From Maridesulfovibrio sp. (GTDB lineage: Bacteria; Desulfobacterota; Desulfovibrionia; Desulfovibrionales; Desulfovibrionaceae), in the NCBI GenBank assembly GCA_963676295.2, contig CAXXJR010000006.1: a stretch of DNA of 64,000 nucleotides; one strand, given 5' to 3'. Of this stretch, positions 8,688-18,331 are shown piece after piece. Position 1 is the first letter of the stretch; each line of letters opens with the position of its first letter. A program made the translations under genes and the position numbers. A model generated the notes under the pieces. It saw nothing but the letters and a program-made list of their open reading frames with translations, was not told where the DNA came from and searched no databases.

Positions 8688-10220
8688 TTAACTCTCGATA
8701 AGATTTTTTCCGGTCATTTCTTTAGGAACAGAAATGCCCATTACATTCAAAATAGACGGGGCAATATCACACAAAGCTCCAGCAACAGGTGTTCTGCCTT
8801 TAAACACATCACCTATGAAAACTAATGGAACTTCATTCAAACTGTGAGCAGTCTGCGGTCCGCCGTGTTCGTCTATCATCTCTTCAGCATTACCATGATC
8901 CGCAGTCAGAAAGATCTGACCGCCTAATTTTTCAACAGCAGCAATAATTTTACCCACGCACGCATCAACAGTCTCACAGGCTGCGATTGCCGCCGGAATT
9001 ATTCCTGAATGACCGACCATGTCTAAGTTTGCGAGATTACAGATGCATAAAGAATAATCAGGCAAGGCCTTAACCAATTTATCTGTTACTTCTTCGGCAC
9101 TCATCTGCGGTTTTTGATCATAAGTAGCAACTTCACGAGGAGAAGGAACAAGAATTCTATCTTCGTCAGGAAAAGGTTCTTCCCTTCCGCCATTCATAAA
9201 ATATGTGACATGCGCATATTTTTCCGTTTCTGCAATTCTAAGCTGTTTAAGTCCGGCGTTAGAAACAACTTCCCCGATAGGATTAATTATATCCTGCGGG
9301 GGAAAAGCAGTCGGAAAATCAAAATCACTTTCATAGCGTGTCATGGTCACAAAGTCACAAAAAGCAGGAACGATAGGACGCTCAAATTCCGAAAACTCTT
9401 CGTTGCATAAAACTCTGCACATCTGACGAGCACGATCCGCCCTGAAATTGAAGAAGAAAACTCCATCTTCATCACGCAAAAGCCCATCAGCATCTGTTAA
9501 TACACGAGGCTTAATAAATTCATCTGTTTCCCCGGCAGCATATGCATCTTCTATAGCTTTCACAGGATCAGATGCGTTCACACCTTCACCAAGCACTAAC
9601 GCGCGATAAGACAGCTCATTTCGCTCATAATGCTTATCGCGGTCCATAGAATAATATCTACCGGAAATGGTCGCAACCTTCCCAATTCCTATTTCAGCCA
9701 TTTTATCTACAAGCTGCTGCATGTATTTTTTGCCACTGGTAGGAGAAGTGTCGCGCCCATCCATAAAAGCATGGACAAATACTTCCCGAACTCCGGCATC
9801 CTTAGCAACTTTAAGCAATGCAAAAAGATGATTGATATGTGAATGCACTCCGCCGTCTGAAAGCAGCCCCATGAAATGAAGACACCCGCCGGAAACTTTC
9901 ACATTATCAATTAAATCACATATGGCATCATTATTTGCGAATGTAGCTTTTTCAATATCAATATCAATTCTAGTCATGTCCTGATAAACAACACGCCCTG
10001 CTCCGATATTGGTATGCCCGACCTCGGAGTTTCCCATAAAACCGTCAGGTAACCCGACAGCTCTACCGGAACATTTAAGGTGAGTATTAGGACAACTCTT
10101 AAAAAGACCGTCCAAAATCGGAGTATTGGCAAGCTGTACAGCGTTACCTTTACTTTTCGGAGCAATTCCCCATCCATCCAGAATAAGGAGAACTGTGGGA
10201 GAACCGGATTGCTTTAACAT
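8688..10220 (-). CDS. gpmI: 2,3-bisphosphoglycerate-independent phosphoglycerate mutase
   Basis: The translation has LLILDGWG, GNSEVGH, and DMVGHSG followed by TADHGN. The length is 510 aa. Confidence 0.95.
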   Translation of the reverse strand: MLKQSGSPTVLLILDGWGIAPKSKGNAVQLANTPILDGLFKSCPNTHLKCSGRAVGLPDGFMGNSEVGHTNIGAGRVVYQDMTRIDIDIEKATFANNDAICDLIDNVKVSGGCLHFMGLLSDGGVHSHINHLFALLKVAKDAGVREVFVHAFMDGRDTSPTSGKKYMQQLVDKMAEIGIGKVATISGRYYSMDRDKHYERNELSYRALVLGEGVNASDPVKAIEDAYAAGETDEFIKPRVLTDADGLLRDEDGVFFFNFRADRARQMCRVLCNEEFSEFERPIVPAFCDFVTMTRYESDFDFPTAFPPQDIINPIGEVVSNAGLKQLRIAETEKYAHVTYFMNGGREEPFPDEDRILVPSPREVATYDQKPQMSAEEVTDKLVKALPDYSLCICNLANLDMVGHSGIIPAAIAACETVDACVGKIIAAVEKLGGQIFLTADHGNAEEMIDEHGGPQTAHSLNEVPLVFIGDVFKGRTPVAGALCDIAPSILNVMGISVPKEMTGKNLIES

Positions 10221-10250
10221 GATATAGACCTCAAAACGGCGGCACGCGGC

Positions 10251-10631
10251 CTACCGGTTAGTATCCAACTCGACTCTTTTTCCTTCAGACCACAAACCTT
10301 CAACATTATAAAAACCACGATTATCTTCCTGAAAAATATGAATGATAATATCGTTCAAATCCAGAAGAATCCAATCTCCGGTCTGATAACCTTCCATTCC
10401 TAGATATTCAATGTTCCCGGCTGCAAGCTTCTCAAGAGTGTTGTCTGCCAGAGACTGAGCATGACGAACACCTTTAGCACTGACAACCATCACGATTTCT
10501 GAAATCGGACAAATTCCGGTTACATCAATGGCGACAACATCAATTGCCTGTTTTTCATCCAGCCATTCTGAAATAAGCTGAAGCTTGTCCTTGGTCTCAA
10601 TCTCTTTAAATTTTTTACTTTTAGTTTTCAT
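10251..10631 (-). CDS. rsfS: ribosome silencing factor RsfS (iojap family)
   Basis: It is 126 aa with DWILLDLNDIIIHIF and FYNVEGLW, typical of RsfS. Confidence 0.85.
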   Translation of the reverse strand: MKTKSKKFKEIETKDKLQLISEWLDEKQAIDVVAIDVTGICPISEIVMVVSAKGVRHAQSLADNTLEKLAAGNIEYLGMEGYQTGDWILLDLNDIIIHIFQEDNRGFYNVEGLWSEGKRVELDTNR

Positions 10632-11011
10632 TCTTTTTTATTTATAAACTCGGCGCTCCCAATTAAAACAGGAACCGCACTTTGAATAAACTGCGATAAA
10701 CGGGATATAGGGTTTTAAAACCCCTGCGCGATATTCATCCATCATGAATAATCAGACCCAGTCCCACTCGCAGTGTTTAACGTACAATAAGATTATATAG
10801 AGAATTTATGCACAGTACGCAATCAATACCATCAATCATTTTTCATTCATATACAAAATAATTACATTTTACCTTCAAAAATGAAGAAAATTGATATTTA
10901 AAGATTCAAACTTGACTGCCGGCAACGAGCTATGAGATATAAGCAAACAGGCTTAATCACAGTTGATTTCATCATGATTTACTATATGAGATAAGCGCAA
11001 ATTAAACTTTC

Positions 11012-11046
11012 AGAGCCATCGATTCTTTCCTTTGGCTCTTTTTTTC
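11012..11046 (+). terminator. terminator-like hairpin in the leader of the paaK-like gene (possible attenuator or sRNA 3' end)
   Basis: AGAGCCA-14 nt-TGGCTCT is followed by T8. It ends about 50 nt before the ATG at 11097, and no upstream plus-strand CDS is present. Confidence 0.55.
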
Positions 11047-11096
11047 ACCTATATTCCCTCTTATTACCAATGAATAAGCTGGACAGGAGGCTATTA

Positions 11097-12404
11097 ATGA
11101 TCTTCGATATAGATAAAGAAACAATGCCTAGAGAAGAACTGGAAGCACTTCAACTCAAACGCCTTAAACAGCTTTGCGAAAGAGTTTATGCCAATGTTCC
11201 GTTTTACACAAATAAGTTTAAAGAACTTGGCATAACACCTGAAGATATCAAATCTCTTTCGGATATAAAAAAACTTCCGTTTACTGAAAAACAAGATCTT
11301 CGCAATCATTATCCTTACGGCCTCTTCGCAGTTTCCCGTGAAAATATTGTAAGAATTCACTCTTCTTCCGGAACAACCGGAAAGGCTACTGTCGTAGGTT
11401 ACACCAAACGGGACATCGCTAACTGGGCCGGTATGATGGCCCGCTCGTTTGCAATGGCCGGACTGACTCCCGAAGATTGCATTCATAATGCTTACGGATA
11501 CGGCTTATTTACAGGTGGTCTCGGTGCACATTACGGAGCAGAAGCTCTCGGTGCGACAATCCTTCCGGTTTCAGGCGGAGGAACAAGACGGCAGGTAATG
11601 CTTTTAAAAGATTTCGGATCAACCGGTATTTGCTGTACTCCATCATATGCTCTTTTCCTGCATGAAACTGGAAAAGAAATGGGTATTGATTTCAGAGAAT
11701 TACCACTCAAAGTAGGTATTTTCGGAGCCGAGCCGTGGACAGAAGCCATGCGCCGCGAAATTGAAGATAAATTAAGCATCAAGGCTCTCGATATTTACGG
11801 ACTATCTGAAATTATGGGGCCGGGCGTTGCAATGGAATGTGCTGAAGCACAGGACGGCCTGCATATCATGGAAGATCATTTCCTACCCGAAATAATTAAT
11901 CCTGAAACAGGTGAACCGGCCCAGCCGGGTGAAGTCGGTGAATTAGTTATCACCACGCTCACAAAAGAAGGCATTCCACTTATCCGCTACCGCACCCGTG
12001 ACCTGACAAAAATTAACTATACTCCTTGCCGCTGTGGAAGAACTCTTGCAAGAATGCAACGCGTGACAGGAAGAAGCGATGACATGCTTATCATTCGCGG
12101 TGTCAACGTCTTCCCTTCACAGATCGAGTCCATTCTCATTGAAACAGAAGGAGTGTCTCCACACTACCTGCTGGAAATTCATAGAGAAGGAAATCTTGAT
12201 ATTTTAACTGTTAAAGTTGAAATCGCAGGAACCTCTTTCTCTGATGAAATTAAAAATTTACAGTCCCTTGAAAGAAAGATACAAAGAAATATTAAAGAGT
12301 TCCTTGGCGTAACAGCTTGTATTAAACTGGTTGAACCCAAATCTATTGAACGTTCAGTCGGTAAAGCCAAAAGAATTCTCGACCTTCGCAACCAGAACCA
12401 ATAA
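11097..12404 (+). CDS. paaK: phenylacetate-CoA ligase family adenylating enzyme
   Basis: The translation has [11 protein letters not shown] (AMP-binding P-loop), YGLSE and YRTRD. GGAGG lies 7 nt before the ATG at 11097. Confidence 0.85.
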   Translation: MIFDIDKETMPREELEALQLKRLKQLCERVYANVPFYTNKFKELGITPEDIKSLSDIKKLPFTEKQDLRNHYPYGLFAVSRENIVRIHSSSGTTGKATVVGYTKRDIANWAGMMARSFAMAGLTPEDCIHNAYGYGLFTGGLGAHYGAEALGATILPVSGGGTRRQVMLLKDFGSTGICCTPSYALFLHETGKEMGIDFRELPLKVGIFGAEPWTEAMRREIEDKLSIKALDIYGLSEIMGPGVAMECAEAQDGLHIMEDHFLPEIINPETGEPAQPGEVGELVITTLTKEGIPLIRYRTRDLTKINYTPCRCGRTLARMQRVTGRSDDMLIIRGVNVFPSQIESILIETEGVSPHYLLEIHREGNLDILTVKVEIAGTSFSDEIKNLQSLERKIQRNIKEFLGVTACIKLVEPKSIERSVGKAKRILDLRNQNQ

Positions 12405-12431
12405 CTGAACCAGCTAAAAGCGAGGTGCACT

Positions 12432-12863
12432 ATGAAATGTGATCAACTATCTATATTCCTTGAAAATCGTTCCGGAAGACTTGCAGAAGTAACCAGACTT
12501 CTCAGCGAAGCCAAAGTTAATATCCGTGCTCTTTCTCTTGCCGACACTTCTGACTTCGGAATTCTAAGACTAATAGTATCTGACTTTGATACAGCTCAGA
12601 AAACCTTAAAAGATGCCGGGTTTACTGTGGGCAAGACAACTGTTGTCGCAGTTATTGTCGACGATCAGCCGGGAGGACTTCACAACCTGCTGGAAATGCT
12701 TAGAAATGCAAGCATTAATGTTGAATACATGTACGCATTTGTTCAACAGAGCGGTGACCACGCTGTTATTATTTTCCGCTTTGATCGCACAGATCAGGCT
12801 ATTGAACTGCTCACAGAGCATAATATAAAAATGATCCCCAGCGATGAGCTTTCTAAGTTATAG
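12432..12863 (+). CDS. tandem ACT-domain protein
   Basis: It is 143 aa with two ACT-like halves (LSIFLENRSGRLAEV and VIVDDQPGGLHNLL). This is the usual partner of PaaK-like ligases in anaerobes. Confidence 0.8.
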   Translation: MKCDQLSIFLENRSGRLAEVTRLLSEAKVNIRALSLADTSDFGILRLIVSDFDTAQKTLKDAGFTVGKTTVVAVIVDDQPGGLHNLLEMLRNASINVEYMYAFVQQSGDHAVIIFRFDRTDQAIELLTEHNIKMIPSDELSKL

Positions 12864-12898
12864 CAAACAATTTTAAAATCTAAACTGATATTTATTTA

Positions 12899-12928
12899 AA
12901 AGGCCGGTAAAAAAACCGGCCTTTTTCT
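12899..12928 (+). terminator. rho-independent terminator
   Basis: AGGCCGGT-a7-ACCGGCCT is followed by T5. Confidence 0.85.
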
Positions 12929-13092
12929 TGTCTGAGAAAATATTGTTTATAATAACAACTGATTTAAAGAAATCAGTTAACTCAGTGAATCACTTGTAAA
13001 TCTCAAAAGTGACTGCCTACTTTAATGTGATTTTACACACTAATGTGTGAAAACTTGTAGAAAAGTATTTAGTTTTAACTTATCTTCCCACA

Positions 13093-13437
13093 ATGAAAAC
13101 TAACGAAATAATCAACAAAGAGTGGCTGGAATCCATGGCGTCCACTAAAAAAGAGTTTTTAAAAAAACTTTTTGCGGTATTCCTTCGTGACGAACCAGCC
13201 AGAGTAATACAAATCAGAGAAGCTTTAGAAGACGGCAAAATGGATGACCTGAAATATCTAGCTCACTCCTTGAAAGGAGCGGCGGCAACTATGGGGGCAG
13301 ACAAAGTCAGAGATGCCTGCCTTCACCTTGAACATAGTGCACGAGACGGTAATACCGAACAAGCATACAAAGACATGCTCGTCATAGAAGATGAAATGAA
13401 GTCAGTTTACGACTTTATGGCTGAATTTATCCAGTAG
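13093..13437 (+). CDS. stand-alone Hpt phosphotransfer protein
   Basis: The HSLKGAAATMGA motif carries the phospho-accepting His. The length is 114 aa. Confidence 0.8.
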   Translation: MKTNEIINKEWLESMASTKKEFLKKLFAVFLRDEPARVIQIREALEDGKMDDLKYLAHSLKGAAATMGADKVRDACLHLEHSARDGNTEQAYKDMLVIEDEMKSVYDFMAEFIQ

Positions 13438-13448
13438 CCATTTTTCCT

Positions 13449-15314
13449 CTACAGCTGAACTCCGGTGCCGATTGTAACAACGAGATCTTCAGGGATTTTA
13501 AAGTAATCTACAGGATTATTTGAAACTGAACTTAAAAGAATAAACAGTTTTCGTTTAAGTTTATTATCATCCCGCTCTGAATTATACTTTATAAAAACCT
13601 TCCCTACATAGTAATTACATTCATCTTGGCTGACAGCTATCTGATTCCACGCTTGAAAAACAGCTACCGGAACATTAGGTTTTTCCATGAAACCATATGA
13701 AACAGTTACCCACGAAATATTATTCTTAAGTTTTTTGACAGAAATTCGCTTACCTGAATCAACATAGGGCTGATTTTGAGTCTCTACCTGCAAAAAAACT
13801 AACTTTTCAGGAATAACCCTGTTTCTTCTTAGGTGTTGTAAAAAAGCAAGCGGAATAAAGTTAGAAGCTGTTAAAAACACAGCCTCCCCTGGAATTTTAG
13901 CAAGCATATGTTTTTCTATTTCAGACTCAAGGTCGGTAATGCGCAGCCCTTTATCCATGATATGACCATAAACTTCTTCCCTGCCCCACAACCACACGTA
14001 CATTATGTAAGCAACAATGGCAGCAAGCAGAATTGGAAACCAACCTCCGCCGCGAATTTTTGTGAAGTTGACAATTAAAAAGCCTAAATCGAAACATGCA
14101 AAAAAACTGATCAACAATACCGCGGGGACAATATTCCATTTTCTAATATTCCTTAGGTAGAACCAGAAAAGGTATGTAGTAATAACCATAGTTCCGGTGA
14201 TTGCTATCCCGTATGCTCCGGCAAGCTCTTCCGAATGTTTGAAAGAAACCACTAAAAAAATACTGAGTGCAGCCATAATCCAGTTAATGGAGGAGACATA
14301 AACCTGCCCCGGATTAAGCTCTGATGTTTGAAAAATGCGTATGCGCGGTATAAAACCCAGATGAACTGCCTGAGATGTCAATGAAAAAGCACCTGAAATA
14401 ATCGCCTGTGAGGCAATAATCGCAGCCATTGTGGCAAGTCCGACAACCGGAAAGATTATTGCTTTTGGGTATAAGCTGAAAAATGGATGAACAATCAACT
14501 TTGGATTGTTTATCAGCAGAGCACCCTGTCCTAGATAATTTAGCAAGAGACTAGGCAATGCCACAAAGTACCATGCCAAAGTAATAGGTTTTCGTCCGAA
14601 ATGCCCCATATCAGCAAATAGAGCCTCTCCTCCGGTAACACATAAAACAACCGCCCCGAGAACAAGTGTTCCGGCAAGACCATTTTCGGCAAAGAATCTG
14701 ACCCCGTGTGACGGGCTGAAAGCCTCTAACACTATTGGATTATCCAGCATTGAAAGAGCCCCGAAAACACCTATAACCGCAAACCAAATCATCATTATAG
14801 GCCCGAATAAACGCCCTATTTTATCAGTTCCACTACGCTGGAAAGCAAATAGAACAAGCAGAATGGTACAAGAAATAAAAGTTATATAATCGTGGGCCAA
14901 GTTGGTTGCGACATCCAGCCCCTCAATGGCTGAAAGGACAGAGATAGCCGGGGTGATAACACCGTCACCATACAGCAATGCTCCGCCGATCAAAGATGAA
15001 ATCAGCATAACAGATGCGGTCTTAGTGCCTTTATTTTGTCTTACCAACTCATAAAGAGCAAAGATTCCGCCCTCGCCTTTGTTATCTGCAGCCATTACAA
15101 AAGTTACATATTTGAGGCTGATCACCACAAAAAGAGACCAGATAATAAGTGATAGTACGCCGAGTACATTAGCTTGGGTTAATGGGATAGCGTGATATCC
15201 GCTGAAACATGCTTTTAAAGCGTAAAGCGGACTTGTTCCGATATCACCGAAAACAACCCCTAGTGCCCCTAGCGACAGCGCAATATTTCGTGAAGATTTT
15301 TTATTTTCAGTCAT
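13449..15314 (-). CDS. kup: KUP/HAK/KT potassium uptake transporter
   Basis: It has GVVFGDIGTSPLY near the N-terminus. It is a 621-aa polytopic membrane protein with a cytoplasmic tail. Confidence 0.92.
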   Translation of the reverse strand: MTENKKSSRNIALSLGALGVVFGDIGTSPLYALKACFSGYHAIPLTQANVLGVLSLIIWSLFVVISLKYVTFVMAADNKGEGGIFALYELVRQNKGTKTASVMLISSLIGGALLYGDGVITPAISVLSAIEGLDVATNLAHDYITFISCTILLVLFAFQRSGTDKIGRLFGPIMMIWFAVIGVFGALSMLDNPIVLEAFSPSHGVRFFAENGLAGTLVLGAVVLCVTGGEALFADMGHFGRKPITLAWYFVALPSLLLNYLGQGALLINNPKLIVHPFFSLYPKAIIFPVVGLATMAAIIASQAIISGAFSLTSQAVHLGFIPRIRIFQTSELNPGQVYVSSINWIMAALSIFLVVSFKHSEELAGAYGIAITGTMVITTYLFWFYLRNIRKWNIVPAVLLISFFACFDLGFLIVNFTKIRGGGWFPILLAAIVAYIMYVWLWGREEVYGHIMDKGLRITDLESEIEKHMLAKIPGEAVFLTASNFIPLAFLQHLRRNRVIPEKLVFLQVETQNQPYVDSGKRISVKKLKNNISWVTVSYGFMEKPNVPVAVFQAWNQIAVSQDECNYYVGKVFIKYNSERDDNKLKRKLFILLSSVSNNPVDYFKIPEDLVVTIGTGVQL

Positions 15315-15402
15315 GACATGTAACTTTAGATGTTTAAACTAAAACTTAAAGTGTTAATTTAACTTTAGCAGAAAATAAAATTTTCGGCTTGAATTAATTA
15401 AT

Positions 15403-15436
15403 AAAAAAAGGTCGTACCGGATAAACCGATACGACC
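15403..15436 (-). terminator. terminator downstream of dapB
   Basis: On the minus strand, GGTCGTA-loop-TACGACC is followed by T7. Confidence 0.7.
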
Positions 15437-15500
15437 TAATAACCTTTTATACAGCTTTCAGCTACAAAATTTAATTTGATTGTAGTGAATATAATATAAC

Positions 15501-16277
15501 TTAAAAAATATCAGCCATATTGTAAACTTTACCGGGTTTCTGAGTAGCAAGCCACGCCGCAGCTCTTAATGCACCCTGAGCGAAAGTATCACGGGAGTGC
15601 GCACGGTGAGTAACTTCAATACGTTCCCCGGGACCGAAGAAATAAGCAGTATGGTCGCCTACAACATCTCCGCCGCGAACAGCCATTACACCGATTTCAT
15701 CTTTAGTTCTTGCACCGACTATACCGTCACGTCCATGCTTTTTAACTTCATCATAAACAAGACCTCTGGCTTCTGCCATGCACTCAGCCAGTTTAAGAGC
15801 TGTCCCGCTTGGTGAATCAACCTTCTTGTTATGATGGATTTCAGTCATTTCAAGATCATAATCAGGTCCCAGCATGCGTACAAGTTCCGGCAGTATTTTC
15901 AGAAGAACATTCACACCGACACTCATATTAGGAGCAAGGAATACAGGAATTTTCTTTGCGTATTCACCGACTTTCGCCAGATCTTCCGCTGTCATACCTG
16001 TGGTTCCGATTACAACCGGATTTCCGGTAATGGAAGCAGTTTCAAGCAATTTCAAAGTTGCCGCAGGAGCTGTAAAGTCGATAATAACCGCACCCGGAAC
16101 TTTAACCAGAACTTCTTCAGGAGAAGTTCCGCAGACGCAACCTAAAGTATCAAGCCCTTCTTCACATCCTGAGCGTTCCATCACAGCCGCAAGCTTAAGC
16201 TCATCACTTTCCTGAACAAGACGCACCAAGGATGCACCCATCCGTCCTTTTGCACCGATAATTACTATGTCAGTCAT
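15501..16277 (-). CDS. dapB: 4-hydroxy-tetrahydrodipicolinate reductase
   Basis: The translation has [11 protein letters not shown] (NAD(P) binding), [15 protein letters not shown] and [14 protein letters not shown]. Confidence 0.95.
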   Translation of the reverse strand: MTDIVIIGAKGRMGASLVRLVQESDELKLAAVMERSGCEEGLDTLGCVCGTSPEEVLVKVPGAVIIDFTAPAATLKLLETASITGNPVVIGTTGMTAEDLAKVGEYAKKIPVFLAPNMSVGVNVLLKILPELVRMLGPDYDLEMTEIHHNKKVDSPSGTALKLAECMAEARGLVYDEVKKHGRDGIVGARTKDEIGVMAVRGGDVVGDHTAYFFGPGERIEVTHRAHSRDTFAQGALRAAAWLATQKPGKVYNMADIF

Positions 16278-16360
16278 TTTGTGCTCCTAAAATTTCGATT
16301 CTATTCTGAACCATTTAATTGCTTATATTAAACAAAGAAAACTTAATTTCGTACTAAGTA

Positions 16361-18208
16361 TCAGCCGTTGCTGACTATATCCATAAATTCGCTTTCGGTC
16401 ATAATTTCAACGCCTTTGGCTCTGGCGGCTTCCATCTTCTTATCACCTACGTTGCTTCCGCAAACAAGAAAATCAGTCTTTCCGGTGACAGATGTCTGAA
16501 CATTAGCCCCAAGTCTGCGAGCCATAGCCTGCATATCCTCACGAGATCCTTGAACCATCTTCCCTGTAAAGACTATTCCTTTGCCTGTTACGGGACTTTC
16601 AACACTCTTTGTTTCACTTTCAAGCGGTGTACGGCGTAAATTGAAATTGAACTCAAGCATATGCAGAATGGTTTCTTTAATAGCCGCAATTCCGGCAGTA
16701 ACAGAATAGCTGGTAATAGCTCCGAAACCATGGATTTCTGCAAGGTCAGCTTGTTTTACAGAAATAACATCTTCAAGCTTAAAATTGCCAAGCAACTTAC
16801 GACTGTCAGCTTTACCAAGGTCAGGTATACCAAATGCGGCCAGAAATCTCCAATCATCAGTTTCTTTAGTACGGCTGATATAGATTGCCTCTGCCAGATT
16901 GGCGGATTGAACCGGACCGAAACCAAGTTTAATGAAATCCTCTTCGCCCATTGTGTAAACAGACTCAAGAGAACTGCGCCCGGCAGCTACAAGTCTGGCA
17001 ATAGTCTTTTTACCAAACCAATCAGCATTTCCCAAAGTTTTAAACCAATATTCAAGACGCTGTTCTGCTCTGGCCGGACAATTAAAATCCGGACATTTCA
17101 AAAAATCATTCTGCCAAAAAAGTTCAGCATTACACGAAGGACAATTAGTCGGCAGCTCTACTGAAACAGCAGGTTTGATAACTTCTTCAAGCTTCGGAAT
17201 AACTTCACCGCTGCGAATAATCCGTATCACTGCGCCTTTGCCTATGGAGTGATCCCTGAGCATTCCCGCATTATGAGCTGTAACGTTGCTGATTGTCGCG
17301 CCTGAAACCGAAACAGGCTCTACTTCCATAACAGGTGTAACGGCTCCCATACGACCAACCTGCCAGCGAATATCGTTAACAGTGGTTACAGCAGATTCAC
17401 CTTTCTTTTTAATGGCAATCTGCCACCTGTAGTGATGAGCGGTAGCGCCAAGGGCTTCCCGCAATCGCAGGTCTGTGACTTCGGCAACCATTCCGTCAAG
17501 CGGATAGCCTGCCTGTTCCCACAACTCATCTGTAATCTTCCAGACATCACGGACAAGTTCTTTACCATCAACAACTTTTTTGGGCAGTGTGCTGTAAGGA
17601 ACAAAGCGGATAGCTTCGTCCTGTAAAGCCTGTTTTGAAGCTTCATTAACGTTATCAGAAGTAATAATGCCGACAACCATATTGCGCGGGTGTTCAAAAA
17701 TATCTGAAAGATGTTCGTCAAAATAATCCTGACTGCACACGATTTCACCAACGCCCTGCCCGCGCCCGCCTACTGCAATTATGCCTTTGGCAAATGCACT
17801 CGAAATTTCGTATCCGACTTCACCGTTACCGCGTGTAGCAAAAATTTTTCCGTCATCACGGGCAGCAAGGCCATCAAGCTTGGGAGTAACTCGGTATTCA
17901 ACTTTTTGAATACCAAGCGCTTTAGCTTCCTTCTCAACTCTCTGAACAAACCTTTCAAGCTCTTCAACAGTATAAGCTTTTTCAGTTGAAAGCATCGGTT
18001 TAGGATGCCTTATTTCAACCTTATTGCTGAAATTTTCAGGTTCTACTTTTGTAAGATAGGGATGATCAGGTGCGATATCACGCAGTTGCTCAGTTAATTC
18101 ATCATACCTGGCATCACTGATAGTAGGCATGCCGCGGCGATAATCTTCGTTATGCTTTTCGAGTCTTTTTACAAGCTCTTCAATCTGTTTTTCGTCTGTT
18201 TTTTTCAC
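16361..18208 (-). CDS. ligA: NAD-dependent DNA ligase, compact and divergent form
   Basis: It has an Ia-like N-terminus (ISDARYDEL), the KLDG adenylation motif, DGMVAEV, an OB region, a Cys4 finger (CPSC...CPDFNC), HhH repeats and a C-terminal BRCT (GKGIVFTGKM). Confidence 0.8.
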   Translation of the reverse strand: MKKTDEKQIEELVKRLEKHNEDYRRGMPTISDARYDELTEQLRDIAPDHPYLTKVEPENFSNKVEIRHPKPMLSTEKAYTVEELERFVQRVEKEAKALGIQKVEYRVTPKLDGLAARDDGKIFATRGNGEVGYEISSAFAKGIIAVGGRGQGVGEIVCSQDYFDEHLSDIFEHPRNMVVGIITSDNVNEASKQALQDEAIRFVPYSTLPKKVVDGKELVRDVWKITDELWEQAGYPLDGMVAEVTDLRLREALGATAHHYRWQIAIKKKGESAVTTVNDIRWQVGRMGAVTPVMEVEPVSVSGATISNVTAHNAGMLRDHSIGKGAVIRIIRSGEVIPKLEEVIKPAVSVELPTNCPSCNAELFWQNDFLKCPDFNCPARAEQRLEYWFKTLGNADWFGKKTIARLVAAGRSSLESVYTMGEEDFIKLGFGPVQSANLAEAIYISRTKETDDWRFLAAFGIPDLGKADSRKLLGNFKLEDVISVKQADLAEIHGFGAITSYSVTAGIAAIKETILHMLEFNFNLRRTPLESETKSVESPVTGKGIVFTGKMVQGSREDMQAMARRLGANVQTSVTGKTDFLVCGSNVGDKKMEAARAKGVEIMTESEFMDIVSNG

Positions 18209-18331
18209 GGTATATTAATATTTGATGATTATGTTTGATAAGAATTTTAATAAATTAGCATTATAAAATAAATAGTTAAATGAAGCAGAAAGGACTTCCT
18301 GCGGTTTAACGGAATGGGATTATTCAATCAA

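Noticed and set aside
10710-10723. Perfect palindrome GGGTTTTAAAACCC upstream of rsfS
   Set aside because: It is an isolated 14-bp element with no T-run and no second copy seen. That is too little to assign a function.
10932-10994. 20-codon leader peptide MRYKQTGLITVDFIMIYYMR upstream of the paaK-like gene
   Set aside because: It has no Shine-Dalgarno sequence, and its ATG falls inside the predicted -10 region. It is kept only as a note within the leader finding.
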